64,000 bases of DNA from Mobula hypostoma (Eukaryota), in NCBI RefSeq assembly GCF_963921235.1, contig NC_086118.1:15254001-15318000 (forward strand), in the 5' to 3' direction. Under the pieces are notes generated by a model. It was given only the letters and a program-made list of their open reading frames with translations. It was not told the origin of the DNA and ran no database searches. The position numbers were made by a program, and so were the translations under genes. Each line of letters opens with the position of its first letter. Within the stretch, counting starts at the first letter, position 1. Of this stretch, positions 1 to 12,690 are shown piece after piece.

Positions 1-496
1 TGCAGAAAATGTACTGCCTTCATACAATGCTTTTAATGATTGCATCCTCCAAATCTTCATTTTCATTGTAACATTCGAGATGGTTGTCAATACCTTCAAA
101 TTCTTCTTAGTTCCTAGCTTACTGAAGTCATGAAATCATTTCATTTTCACTGCCGGCCATTTCTGGCATCTCCAAGTCTGAATGCTTGAAAGCACAGTGA
201 GCAAAACTGTTCTGAATTGTCTTACTGCTTATTTCTCGCTATCAGTAACAAAAATAATGCTTTTTTGAACACAATCACATGCACCCAATGTTTGTTATTT
301 TAATGTTTGCTCTAAGCACAGTGTAGTGTCTAACAGACTGATACTAGTTGGAAATGGTTCAGTAACAATCTCCTGTCCCAATTAAGTGGCACAGTGTCTC
401 AAATAAACGGAGGGCATCCCAATTTGTTTTTGTTCTTTCAAAGTTGTCCCAAATAAGCGGCTACCCTAATTAAGAGATGGCCTAATTAATCCACTG
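1..496. mobile_element. Right end of a Tc1/mariner-superfamily (pogo/Tigger-like) element
   Basis: Ends ...GGCCTAATTAATCCACTG followed by TA. Terminal and subterminal motifs (GTCCCAAATAA) resemble the MITE at 44656-45018. Confidence 0.5.
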
Positions 497-866
497 TATT
501 CGCTGAAAGAGAGTCACACTAAAACAAGGTTAAGATGTTAAAAATGCTCAATTATTACAGGAAAGTTCAGTCTGTCTATTGTAAGCATTATTTAGTGGGA
601 CAACCAGAGTCAGTAATATCCCTCCAACTCCAAGCCCAACCCCAGCAGTAATATCAAACTTCCTCTTCTCACATATCAAACTGTATTTCTGTTGCGTTCC
701 CTTCCAGATCTCTGATGATACTGTTTGTCTTTAGGAGCATTTTCATGTATCCCACCTGCAGGACAAATGGAAGAGTCCACCCATTCCCCTCAATCTCACC
801 GCTTCTACCGTCTTCCATTTTTGCTGTTTTACCAGATCACTATCCTGCTACTCTCCCTCAGCTGGA

Positions 867-914
867 GTGGGTGGGTGGGTGGGTGGGTGGGTGTGGGTGT
901 GTGTGTCTGTGTGT

Positions 915-957
<43 letters not shown>

Positions 958-985
958 TGAGTGAGAGAGAGAGAGAGAGAGAGAG
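867..985. repeat. Compound microsatellite (GGGT)n-(GT)n-(GA)n
   Basis: Directly visible. Confidence 0.95.
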
Positions 986-3960
986 ATCTCCTCAGTGTTG
1001 CAGCTCTCAACAAGAAAACAGAGTCAAAGCTAACAACAGAATGTCCAACAGAACCATGTATCAAAGGTATACCTTTCAGTACACTTATTTCTCAAGAATC
1101 ACCGCTACTTAATCTACATTTAACAGACTCTGTATTTTCAGCATTTTCTGTTTATGGAAAAATAATGATGATGAGATTCACTTAATCAAGTACTTTCATC
1201 TCAGAGGTTACATCCAAATCATGAACTACTTAAGTGACATTGAAATTAAATGCAAGTCACATTATTGAATTACACATTAACTAATTTATATTTGTGAATA
1301 AAGGTTACAATGATAAACATTTGCATTATAAATTCAGCTCTACAGAGGTACACAACTCTCTTCAGAGACATCAAGTACTCCTATTAGCAGAATGAATGCT
1401 TTATTTATATGAAAGAAAGTAACACTACCCATCAGCTACTTAACTGCTGTATGTAATCATGTTTGACTTGAATAAGATACATGTATGTGGTTGGATTGAG
1501 TTGTTCTCCGATCTTGGCAATTTACTTGCAAACATTTTGTCACCATGCAAGGACACATTGTCAGTACGCTGTTGACTGTGGCTTGGCTGTTACATACTTT
1601 TCTGTAGACAAACATGTGGACCTCAATTCCATTTATGAGCCATTGCGGGCAAAATGCCTGATCAGAACGCACAAAGTCTGTCACACAGCCGATCAGCGAG
1701 GAGATTTCCTCCCCACGTCACAACTGAGTTTCCAAATCAGCTGACTGAAAAGTATATAAAGTCTGGGCGTTTGGAGGACACGCCACAATGATCAATGAAC
1801 TCCTTGCATGGTGCCAAAACGTTTGCCAGGCTCGGAGAATAGCTCAGCCCAGCCCAACCATCATCCAGCTGAGCTACACATCTTCTGAATTATTTCCAGG
1901 TTGCACTCTCTCGGACATATACTTTTTCAAACTCCACAGAAGTTGAGTAGAGGAAACACTAAACAGGGAAAACTCAGACACAAGTCATTACAAAGTTTTT
2001 TACAGCATGTGAACATAGAGGGGGAAAAATTCTAAAGAACACAATCCCTATGCTGTTCCACTTTGTTGGGATTGCCTTAGTCGTACTTTCATATTTATCT
2101 AACTTTTTGAAGTGCTAACTCCCTATATTTTGGCCTTAAGCCCAGGAACTTCATTTCCCTGTGGTCCACTATTTTTGTTTCAAGTGTCGCTTCTCAAACA
2201 GGAAACTATGCCCAAGAGCAGAATTGGCACTGGCCTGTAACTGACTGAGGATGCTGCATGTGTCATAACTGTAAATAATTATTGAGCATTTTCAACTTCC
2301 TTTCCGCAGGACATGGCTTCTAACACCTCATCTAGATCCCAAGGCATTTTTCTCATCCCTATTCTTCTCTAACAGTTGTATGTGCCATTAAACATATTAA
2401 TAGCAGTTTCAAAATGAGCAGTTTGCTACTCAGACAGTTCACTTATAAGGAGAACAACTTCAGAGTGAAACAGTAAATGGTTTTGATTGGGATCATTGGA
2501 TGATGAGCCCAATACCTACTTGAATCATAACTGCAATATAAAAGAATACCTTTATCAATCTACCATGCAAATGACCAAAACACTTTCCACCGCGCCCCCC
2601 CCCCACATTATGGCTCATGTTGTAAACCACTTAGGCATTCCCCAATTCTTACAAATGAATGAACAAATTAAACTGCCTGGATTCTTTCTGAGTATAACCC
2701 TATCCAGGTTAATTTGTGCTTGTGTGGTCTCCAATCTTTTAATTCATTCCTGGTTATTATTTTTAAATTAATATCAACACATTTTCTGAAATGTTCTGTG
2801 ACTTATCCCTTAAGAATCTGACACATGCTAATATACAATTTTACCTCCCAAAATCCAGCAAAGTTCACTCTGTGAATCTTAACAGTGAGCATCAACAGTC
2901 CATTCCCAGTGCGGCACAATACAACACACTGACTCATGAATAGAAATCATTAACAGTTGCATTATTTGATTTGTTTCTGGCTGGTCAGTTCAAAGGCACC
3001 AGCCAGTGCCTTGCCTGAGATAAGCTAACCAACTGCAGATCAAAAAGAAAATTACCTGAAACTGCCTAAATAAAAGAGGATATCTTTTTCTTCTAACAAG
3101 TGGGGATATGGGGGCTACAGAGTGAATGCAGTGAAGATTCAGTGGGCTCGTATCTGGATGCAGATCTGTCATACAAACATAGAGGAAGTAGGCTAGGCTT
3201 CAGCTCTCAATAGCTAAGGAAATATGAGAAGAGACCTTACTGAATTTTATTTTTTTTTTAAATGAGGGCTTGAGTGAATTGATATGAGGAGAATGTTATT
3301 CCTCTCCAAGGCGAAGCCAGGCAATAACCACCATCTTCAATATGGGGCATAGCCTTTGAAAACCATTTGAAGACCAAGATCTCAGGTCTGAGCAGCAATG
3401 TTCCCTATACACCTACAAGCTTCAGAAACCTGGATCACATACAAGAGGGAAATTCGAGCCATGGAAAGATACCAGCAACTCCCATCTTCACAAAATCCTC
3501 CAGATTGACTGGAAGGATAAGTGAACCCATACCAGGCTTTGGTTACATTGAGTTGGCTATGTCCTTTGCATGCCTACTCCAAACTCCAAAACCATTTGAG
3601 CTCAGCTATGAGAGGAGGTTACCAGGCATGCAGGGATAATGATTCAAGGTTGTATCCGAAGCATCCTTGAAGAGCAGTGTCCTCACTGAATCTCTGACAT
3701 ATGACCATTCAAGTGGAAGAGGAGCATCCAGAACGATATTGAGGATGCTGAGATCATGTATCAGAAGCATACAGAAGCCCTTCCTAAGTGAAGGAAAGAG
3801 AATACCAAATTAAATTATCCACCCACATGCTCCATGAGCCACCTGCCCACTTGTGGAAGAATCTGCAGTTCCTACATTGGCTACAAAACCCCTAACACCA
3901 GAATGAAAGCAAGCAAGCCTTGATTCAGGAGGATGGCCTAAGAAAGTGAAGATCGTACAC

Positions 3961-5254
3961 TAGCGGTCGCCAGCCGGTCGATCTTTGAGACTTTCCCAGT
4001 AAATCCCCAAAAAAATGAAAAATAAATACACAAATACTGTTGTAATGTGAGCATTATAAAAATAAGTAATACTAATTAGGATAATGGTAATATGGCAATA
4101 CTTCCGCTACTGAAAGCTGTTTGTAAAGAGAGATTGTTTCCGGGTTGCCGGATTTTAGTTCCATTCTTTCTGCCCAGTGCGCATGTGTGTAGCTCCCTCG
4201 CCATGCACCGCGGTAGAAAAGACCGGAAGTAAAACCCCGCAACCCGGAATTACCATCATAATTAGTATCACTTATTTTTATAATCCTCACATTACAACAC
4301 CTTTAATTCTATGTTTCATTATTTAATTTTATTTCAACACGAAAAATAAATGAATAAAAATTGACTGTTGCACTCAGTGTGATGACTAGGGCTGAATACT
4401 TTCTGCTAGTTCCCTGAAATTTGGCTCATAACTACAGCCAGTCTGAGACAGTCTGTGAGGTGCCTGTCAGTAAGACAGCTCCTGTACGTAGATTTCATAA
4501 TTTTCATCTGTTGCAGCACAGCGCCCTCGCAAACCTCCTGACAGACTGAATATTTGAATGGACAATTTCCTTTGTTAGACTGAATGTTGAATCTGCCACA
4601 TTCCTTTTAGGTGTTTTGTATTGGTAAACCGTTACTGAGGCACTAGTATAAGATTCAGAGGTACGCAAGATAATGACACCACTGTTTTGTGTTTCCCAGT
4701 TCTTTTACATTTGGGGAATGTTGGAATTTAAAGGTGGAGAAGTGTTGTAATGTGAGTATTATAAAGATAAGTTAATACCAATTAGGATAATGGTAATATA
4801 GCAATACTCCCACTACGGAAAGCTGTTTGTAAACAGGTTGTTTCCGGGGTTGTGGGGTTTTACTTCCGGTCTTTTCTGCGTATGCGTCTATAAGCCCCTC
4901 TGTCGCATTGGTTTTGCCATCCAGATAAAGTTGTTCCTTTGGACATGAAGTTGTCGAGTGGTCCTTTTTCAAAGTAGAAGTTACTATAAAAGGTAAGAAG
5001 TATTGTAATATTCTTAAAGAAAGACAGCTATGGCCTGTTTGATATGCTAGTTACAGTGTTTTCTTGGTTGAATTAATTTGAAAGTTTGACAAAAGCATTT
5101 TATGTAATTCAAATACAATTAGCCTAAATAAAAGGCCTCAAATTGGAAGTACAATCTGAGTTGTTTTTTCTCTAAACGATTTAGTGAGTAGAACTTGCCT
5201 TCCACTAAGGCTGAGGTAGGGGGATCCTGGGCTTAAAAATGTTGGCGACCACTA
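3961..5254. mobile_element. Non-autonomous hAT-like DNA transposon
   Basis: TIRs TAGCGGTCGCCAGC and GTTGGCGACCACTA; degenerate 8-bp flanks TCGTACAC and TTGCACGC; internal repeats. Confidence 0.65.
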
Positions 5255-6136
5255 TTGCACGCACTGGGGGGGGTGGGGGGGAGACAGATAATCCTTTCTA
5301 ATGACACATGCACTAAATGACTTGCACATAATGCCTTTGCAAAGGAGTTGTAAATTGATTCATTGTATATAGAAATTTTAAGGCTAAAAAAGTGAAATAA
5401 GCTTCACTATCAAGTGCTCCAAATACTTAGCATGCAAGATGATAAATATATACACCAGTGTCATGTTTAATCTAGGCCCTTCCTTGATAATGAAGAATAA
5501 CAGATTGTGATTTAAGGCGAGTCAAAAATCTAATGACGCGTAACAATATTTCAGCATTGATTAGACCATGATTTATGCCATCTGGTCTTTGAGATCAGAA
5601 AGGTTTCTTGTTAAGGAGGAACCTACAGTATAGAACTTGGTTGTCTTGGATGACAGCAATGACAATCTGAGCAATATAACAACAATAAAGTGGGCCCAAC
5701 TTACTTAAAAATGAATGACCAACAATGGATTTGAAACTTAGAAGGTGCTTAGACAATAGTTAGAGGCTTTTACACTAAATAAACAGCATTAGAATCAGAG
5801 TATAACAGAAGAACTAAGGAGGAGGGTGTGGGAAAGGGGTGAGACCAGGTTGAAAATGATCCCTTTCACTTCCCTCAGCCTCTTCCTGCGGGAAAACCAA
5901 AGCCGATGGCTAGAAACAGGGAATATCCCATGGGTGGAAGAGGAAAAGAGCCATGGGAAGCTAGAAAGAGGGAGGGAGAAGCAGTGGAAGCTATTGACTG
6001 GATGGCGTTGAGAGGGAGAGAGGAAGTGAGGCTGGAGGAGGGTTGGTAGTGATGAGGCCAGAGAAAGACAGGAAGGAAAAGAACATGCGTGTTTGTTCCT
6101 GTCTGTGTGTTGGCATAATTAAAGTTCATTTAGCTG

Positions 6137-6138
<2 letters not shown>

Positions 6139-6169
<31 letters not shown>
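6139..6169. repeat. (GT)n microsatellite
   Basis: Directly visible. Confidence 0.95.
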
Positions 6170-6171
<2 letters not shown>

Positions 6172-7149
6172 GTTGTAGTAGTAGCAGTTGTAGCTATTTA
6201 CACAGCATCATTCAGTCTCCAATCATATTTTGACTTCCATGCCTTCAGAACAAGACCTTGCCCTGCCGAGGCCAAACTGCAACTGGTACACATTGCCACC
6301 CCACAATAAAATATGAAAAGTGAGTGCATTTTCCATAATTGTACAGTATTGTCTCCAAAGAGAAGGGGCACTGCCAATAAAAAAAATGTATAGATACTCC
6401 TCTGAGACAAACAAAGTGCTTCCAGGGAAGGGTCTGCGGCATGGTAAAGATTCTGAGTTACTTTAACAAATCACTTGGGTTGGATAGGCTCTGCTGTGCT
6501 TGGTCACTGTGTTTTTAAATTTCTAATAGAGCTGACCTGCACAAAGCTTCTCCAAGTGTTGGAGAAAATACTGGCATTACTACCAAAGCCATACATTCAT
6601 TCTCATGGCAGGCATGAAAAAAATCACCATTGCTTCAAAGCAGTTAAATAATAAATATTGTTCAATCATTTAGTATTTAGCAGGTTGAAAAATTATAAAC
6701 TAGTAGGCAGGCAAAGATAACGCAGCATGTTTCATATCTGACAACTCGTATCATTAGCAGTTTTTTTATGTTAAGAGAACATAAGAGAAAACAAGGTTAG
6801 AATCACATAATGAAGTAAAAAAATTGACATTTTGATGCTTAACTTTAATTGCCTCTCAGTTTAAAGAATATTTAAGTGCAAAGATTAAATATACGAAGCT
6901 GAATCTATAATTGGATAGATTAAGTGTGATCGGTGTAAACAGCTTTCTTGATGTTCATATTGTGTTTCCATACTTTATAGCTATATACTGTTGAGTCAAT
7001 AAATGTATGGTTGTTAATTGAGAGTCAGCAAAATGCAGATTCATCATTATATTAAACTTCATATCAAACCCAAATATTTCTCAAATTTCTAGCAATTAAA
7101 AGTTAACTATTTCCTGTACAGGAAAAGAAAGATGATAAGTGATATGACA

Positions 7150-8345
7150 CTGAGAAAAAGGATCAGGAGAACATTAATGGACCTCTGTGCCATTTAATAA
7201 GATAATGGCTGATCTGAGCTTGATTACAGATTCCCCATCCAAACTGTTACCTGTAACTCTCAGTTCCTCCCTTAGACCAAACTGTGCATCTCCCTTGAAT
7301 ATATTCCACTCTTCTCGGGATTAACCACTCTCTGAAAACAAAAACTCCTCTTCATCTTTATTGTAAATTGGCAACCCTTTATTCTAAAACCAGGCACCAG
7401 CTTTAGATTCCTCCATGAAGGGGAAAGAACCCATAAGAATCCTACACATTTCAGTAAAATCACCATTCATTCTTTTAAAATCTATTGAATACAACTTCAC
7501 CTTGATAATGTTTTCTTTATATGATAATCCTTTCATCCCAATAATCAAACTAATAAACTTTCTCCAAATACATGGGTGTATATCCCACATTAAGAAAGGA
7601 GGCTTAAACAAAATTTGCCCTTCATGGGTGGTCTCACTAATATCTGCATTGTCCTTATACTCCATCTCTTTTGTAACATAAGCCAACATTCTATTAGCCT
7701 TCGTTACATGTTTTGCCTGAATCTTCTTATCGTGTCCATGGACAGCCTATACATGGGCCAGCCAGAACTGGACACATTTTAGCGCCCTGTTGTTGAATTC
7801 GGCAAGATCTGCAACAGTCCAGGGTTCCTCTAGCAATGGGCATTGCAGGAGATGTTGCATAGTTTGTGGCTCAGTTCCACATTCACAAGTTGTCGGGCTG
7901 GTTGTATATCCCCATTTGCATAGTGACACCTTTGAACAAACTACACCAGTCTGAAATCACTTCCAGGGCGCCCAGTTGCAATTAGCTCCTGGGGGAAGGC
8001 TTTCATCCACTGGAATTTCCATCATTGGGGGTTGTTTGAGACTGGCAAGCCGGGCTTTCCAACAAGGTGATGCGGGCTTCAGATGGGATTGATTGTAATG
8101 GAACAACACCTGAATGTTAACTTATGTTCCTTATACAAGAACATCCAGATCTCTCTGCAGTGCAACATAATGTAGTCTCTCTATTTAACTAATTATATTT
8201 TTCCACTCTTTCTATTAAAATGGATATCCTTGCAGATCCCCATATTACACTTCACCTGACAAAATGTCCTCTCACTTAACCTTCATCTATATCTCTCCGC
8301 AGGCTCATTGTGAATTTGGCTTATTTTTGCACCTTCAGCAAATCT
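7150..8345 (-). mobile_element. Decayed CR1-type LINE 3' region, interrupted by an insertion
   Basis: Fragments such as GMKGLSY and FQRVVN resemble the younger CR1 copy at 32428-33507; boundaries approximate. Confidence 0.6.
7723..8108 (-). mobile_element. 5'-truncated non-LTR retrotransposon (RTE-like) nested in CR1
   Basis: C-terminal Cys/His knuckle CECGTEPQTMQHLLQCP, short GAA tail and flanking direct repeat CCTGAAT. Confidence 0.6.
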
Positions 8346-8600
8346 ATTTATTTATTTATTGAGTGACAGCATGCAATAGGCCCCTCTGGCCTCTTGACCA
8401 TCCCCTAATCACAGGACAATTTACAACGACTAATTAACCTACCAACTAGTTCATCTTTAGACTGTAGGAGCAAACTGCAGCAACCACAGAAATCCCAAGC
8501 ATTCCATGGGGAGGACGAATAGACTCCTTACAGATGGGTTGGGATTGAACTCTGATGCTCCTGATGTGTATAGCATCATGCCAATGACTACACTTCCACA
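8345..8600 (-). mobile_element. V-SINE (HE1-like)
   Basis: Shares the TCACAGGACAATTTACA...CAGACTCCTTACAGA block with other copies in the window; TTTA tail. Confidence 0.7.
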
Positions 8601-8850
8601 GTTCCCCAAATATGGCTATGGTACCCTTGATTTCTTCATCCAAGTAATTACTTTCGATTACAACTGTTGAGGCCCTAGCACTGACCACGTGGCAACTCAT
8701 TAGTTAATTCTTGCCAGCCTGAAAGTGATCCACTTATCCCAACTCCCAGTCTTGTGTCAGCTAACCAATCCCCCCCATGATTATAAGAAATTCAAAAAAT
8801 AATACATTGTTGTTGTAAGAAATGGCATGTTAATCTTATATCAACTATCT

Positions 8851-9818
8851 CAGCGATCCCCAACCACCAGGCCGCAAAGCATGTACTACTGGGCCGCGAG
8901 GAAACGATATGATTTGGCGATATGAGTCAGCTGCAACTTTCCTCATTCCCTGTCACGGGCACTGTTGAACTTGAACGCACATGAGGTCATTACACATGCC
9001 AGGTCATCACCCGCGCATCATCCATGTCAGCGCGGGAAGAAAATCAACTCCTCAAGCTTGCAAATGATGGCGGGCTGAAAAGTATGTTTGACATAACACC
9101 TCTGCCGGCATTCCGGATCAAAGTCAAGGCTAAATATCCTGAGATAGCCACGACAGCACTGAAAACATTGCTTCCATTTCCAACATATCTCGGCAATGAA
9201 TGCAACAAAAACTAAATTGCGGAATAGACTGGACATAAGGAACCCCCTTCGAGTATCGCTGTCTCCCATCACCCCTCAATGGGACCATCTTGTTGCAGGG
9301 AAACAAGCCCAGGGCTCCCACTGATTCAGCGATACTGGTGTGCTGCAATGATTTTATATGTTCATACGGGGAAAATATTGCTGTGTGTTTAATATCCAAA
9401 CGTTACTTAAAATGTTATGATGCCATTGACTTATAAGTGACTTATCACTATATTCATGCGAGGAAAATATGCGCTATGTTTAATATTAAATTCGTTAGAT
9501 AAGCCCTTTTAGAAACAAAATTGAGTGTATTAGCCACTTATCACCTATATTCCAGTCATGATTAACACCCCCCGCAAACAGAATCGCCAAAAACGATTTG
9601 TAGGAAAAAAATCGGCACGTACACGCATGCGCACTGGTGCCCGCGCAAGGCTTCATGGTCATTGTAGACTTTTTCGGGGTAAACACAACGTATTTGACTA
9701 CTACTCTTGTCTGTTGGCAACTCTACCCACCGCCCCCCCCCCCCCCGGGTCAGCCGGTCCACAAGAATATTGTCAATAATAAACCAGTCCGCAGTGCAAA
9801 AAAGGTTGGGGACCCCTG
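8851..9818 (+). mobile_element. hAT (Charlie/Buster-type) internal-deletion derivative
   Basis: TIRs CAGCGATCCCCAACC and GGTTGGGGACCCCTG; perfect 8-bp TSD AACTATCT; transposase C-terminal remnant YPEIATTALKTLLPFPTYL / KTKLRNRLD...LVAGKQAQGSH*. Confidence 0.92.
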
Positions 9819-11102
9819 AACTATCTTATTGGATATGTGGCAGCAGGATCAGTTGAAGCAAAATTAAAACAATATAACTTGACATGTTATGTTGTGGACT
9901 TTAGCTTGGATCAAAAATTACTTCTTCCAAATTATCTACAGTACATAAATGGTGTGAAAGTAATAAATCACAGAAACAATCAGTTTAAGTGAGATCTAGG
10001 TATTAACAGAGACAGATCCGATAGCAGATTTGATGTCGTGTTGAGTGCATCCTGTTTACCAAGTCAATCCAAAATAAACCAAAGAGCATAATATTGAGAG
10101 AGAAGTGCCACAGACAGCCTGTACTTTCCTGGAAATTAAATTGTTTAACATCATACTTTCAATGTCATACAACTGAAAATCAGTTGTCTTCAAGTTATTT
10201 TGTGCCACCTGAAAATACAGCCAAGCATTTCCTAGAATGTGTCATCCATGCAACCTCAACACCATTTCTGTGTCAGGAAAATATATTAATTTCATTTTTC
10301 ATGTAGCACTCCTTTGAACCACTGCACAAAAATGTGGAATATCCTTAAACCACAGCCATACTTGCACCGAGCCACAGTTCGGAGATCTTCAAAGTGAGTA
10401 AAAACATTCATGAATTCTTGGCAATCCCTTCATGTTCAATATTGCAAAGGCATTGACCACTGCTGCAGTGATGCTCTATCTGATTCCTCAGTCTGATTCT
10501 CTTTTATGCTAAAATTTACAGCTCCTAACATGCTGCCATCCCTGAATGAGATTCACTCATGTTCTACCCCATTTCCTGATGTATAATGTCAATCCCTATC
10601 CCCAGTACCCGATGTGGAAGCGCAGTCCTTCCTTCCAAATGCTGGTCCTTCCTCAAATCCTTTCCCCATTCCCCAATGAAGAATGCTGATTCTTCCCCCC
10701 CCCCAAACCAACCATCCAGCAACTAATCCTGGCTCCAGTCCGACTTGTACACCCCAGACCATTGTGGTCTGAGGACAAGCAATACCCATTCTGTATCTGC
10801 TGAGATCATGGGCCTCACTCAATCTTGACTGGAATTTCATGTGTGTGTCAGTGGCCAAAATATATGAGTGTTCACAAATTAGTAAGCAATTCTTCTGCCC
10901 TTTAGTGTTAGTGGCCAAATATATACAGTACATCCAACATTAAAGCTAAATTCTTAAAAATTGACTTTCACAGTCTCTATTTTCTATTTATTAAGGTATG
11001 AAAAAGGAAGCTGGAACTGCCAGTGGGGATTCATCAGATCAAACTTCCAGGATATAACCAGAGTTGGGCACCCCAGCAATAACACAACACTGAAACGCAT
11101 TA

Positions 11103-11228
11103 AAAACGCAAACACGAGGATATCTGCAGATGCTGGAAATTCAAGCAACACACATCAAAGTTGCTGGTGAACGCAGCAGGCTATGCTGCCTGGCCTGCTG
11201 GGTTCACCAGCAATTTTGATGTTTGTCG
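11103..11228. mobile_element. Short fold-back Penelope-derived element
   Basis: Matches the terminus of the 28607-30214 element; internal inverted arms; 14-bp flanking repeat ACTGAAACG(C/G)ATTA. Confidence 0.8.
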
Positions 11229-11530
11229 ACTGAAACGGATTAGACAATTTTTAACCAAGTACAGTTAATGTTAACAGTGTATTCCACATCCTTAACCACT
11301 GATTTCTGATAGAAATCCCTTCAACCCCAAATACACAATGGATTAGACAATCCACGTTTTGTATCTGCCGCAAATTTATTTTCTTGGTAAAATTTTAGAA
11401 AGATAAACACCTTACCCAATTAGCCTCCGGGAGAACAGGAGAGACTTGATTTGTATTAAATGCAAATCAAATCTGTCGCTTTTCAATAAATGGTTAACCT
11501 TATTTTGGATTTCAATTTTAATGAATGACT

Positions 11531-11680
11531 AACAAGAGAAAACCGCAGACGCTGGAAATCCAAGCAACACACACACACAAAATGCTGGAGGAATTCAGCA
11601 GGTCAGGCAGCATCTATGGAAAAGAGTACAGTCGATGTTTCGGGCAGAGACCCTTCATCGGGACTCACTGTGTCTGTGGC
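11531..11680 (-). mobile_element. Short Penelope-derived element with hammerhead-like core
   Basis: Same terminus family; perfect 14-bp TSD TTTAATGAATGACT. Confidence 0.8.
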
Positions 11681-12047
11681 TTTAATGAATGACTTGCAGA
11701 TTTTAAAAAAAGTAACGCGCGGAATCCTATCAATAACTGCTGTGGGTTTAAGTTAAGACCAACATACGTTGAAATCTTACCATTTCCCACCAAACCCAAC
11801 CTAAAATGTCAACAATAGGAAGACGTAAAACAAGGATCTAATTGCGATTGGTGGGGGGGGGGGCATCTCCGCAGGACCATCTTTCTCGAGTGTGTAAAAA
11901 ACACAATCCAAATATTGAGGTGTTCTTCGCCCTCTTAGACACCTGGAGCCTTGACCGCTCGAAGCTCGGCTGCACCGTCGCACGTCCTAAGTACAAAACT
12001 ACCCAGTTAGTATTTCGCAATTCCTCCACATTTTTGCTAACACGCGT

Positions 12048-12060
12048 TGCCCTCTAGTGG
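12048..12060 (-). promoter_or_regulatory. Candidate CTCF site
   Basis: Minus strand reads CCACTAGAGGGCA, matching the CTCF core CCASYAGRKGGCR. Confidence 0.55.
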
Positions 12061-12510
12061 AATGTTAAATCGGGCGCGTCAACGACTCAATACACACTGT
12101 CACAGGACAATTCCAGAAGAGGTAGCAAGTCTGCAAATCATCTAAATCTCCAACTCCACCCTCACAAACCGTGACAACTTCCTTTCCTCAGACCCACTGT
12201 GAAAACTTTAAATAACGATCCTCTAATAATTGCCCAATATCAGAATTTCCGGACCGTTGAACCGGTTTTCCAGTTCGCGTTTGTGTAACAGTGGAGAAGA
12301 GTGAAGTTAAACCAGGGCGATGCTCATCTTGATTTACCGCAACACAAACCATCTCTCTCTCTCTCTAAGTCTCCCAATTAAAATAAATTAAGCAGCACTC
12401 AATCTTCCCGGGACTATATCTCGCCACGTTTGATCAGCCTGAAACTTCAATCACGGGTCCCATCCGTTTTTTAGCTGCGTTTAACCAAATGAAGCAAAGC
12501 CGGGGCTTAC

Positions 12511-12690
12511 CTCTAAAATTTCCACGTAACTGGCAGGGAACCATCCCCTCGCACCATCCTTTTCACCTTCCCACCATCCGCCGTTCAGCACCTGTACGAC
12601 CTTGATAATCTCCCCAGCCTCGAACTTCAACCCGTGTTGATGCTGATCCCCGGAAAAAGCGTACAAAGTTTTGCACAGAACTCCGGCCAT
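12511..12690 (-). CDS. GAS7: Growth arrest-specific protein 7, first coding exon (N-terminal SH3 domain, 60 aa)
   Basis: ATG at 12690 gives MAGVLCKTLYAFSGDQHQHGLKFEAGEIIKVVQVLNGGWWEGEKDGARGWFPASYVEILE, then a phase-0 GTAAGC donor. It closely resembles the recalled N-terminus of the long human GAS7 isoform, and GAS7 flanks the fast skeletal MYH cluster in mammals. Confidence 0.9.

Noticed and set aside
756..818. Alternative GAS7 first exon on the minus strand (MEDGRSGEIEGNGWTLPFVLQ, phase 0, GTGGGA donor)
   Set aside because: Phase-compatible, but there is no recognisable homology or transcript evidence and the donor is weak; likely chance.
715..1185. ORFs with CVCV, ERER or HTHT runs
   Set aside because: Translations of microsatellites.
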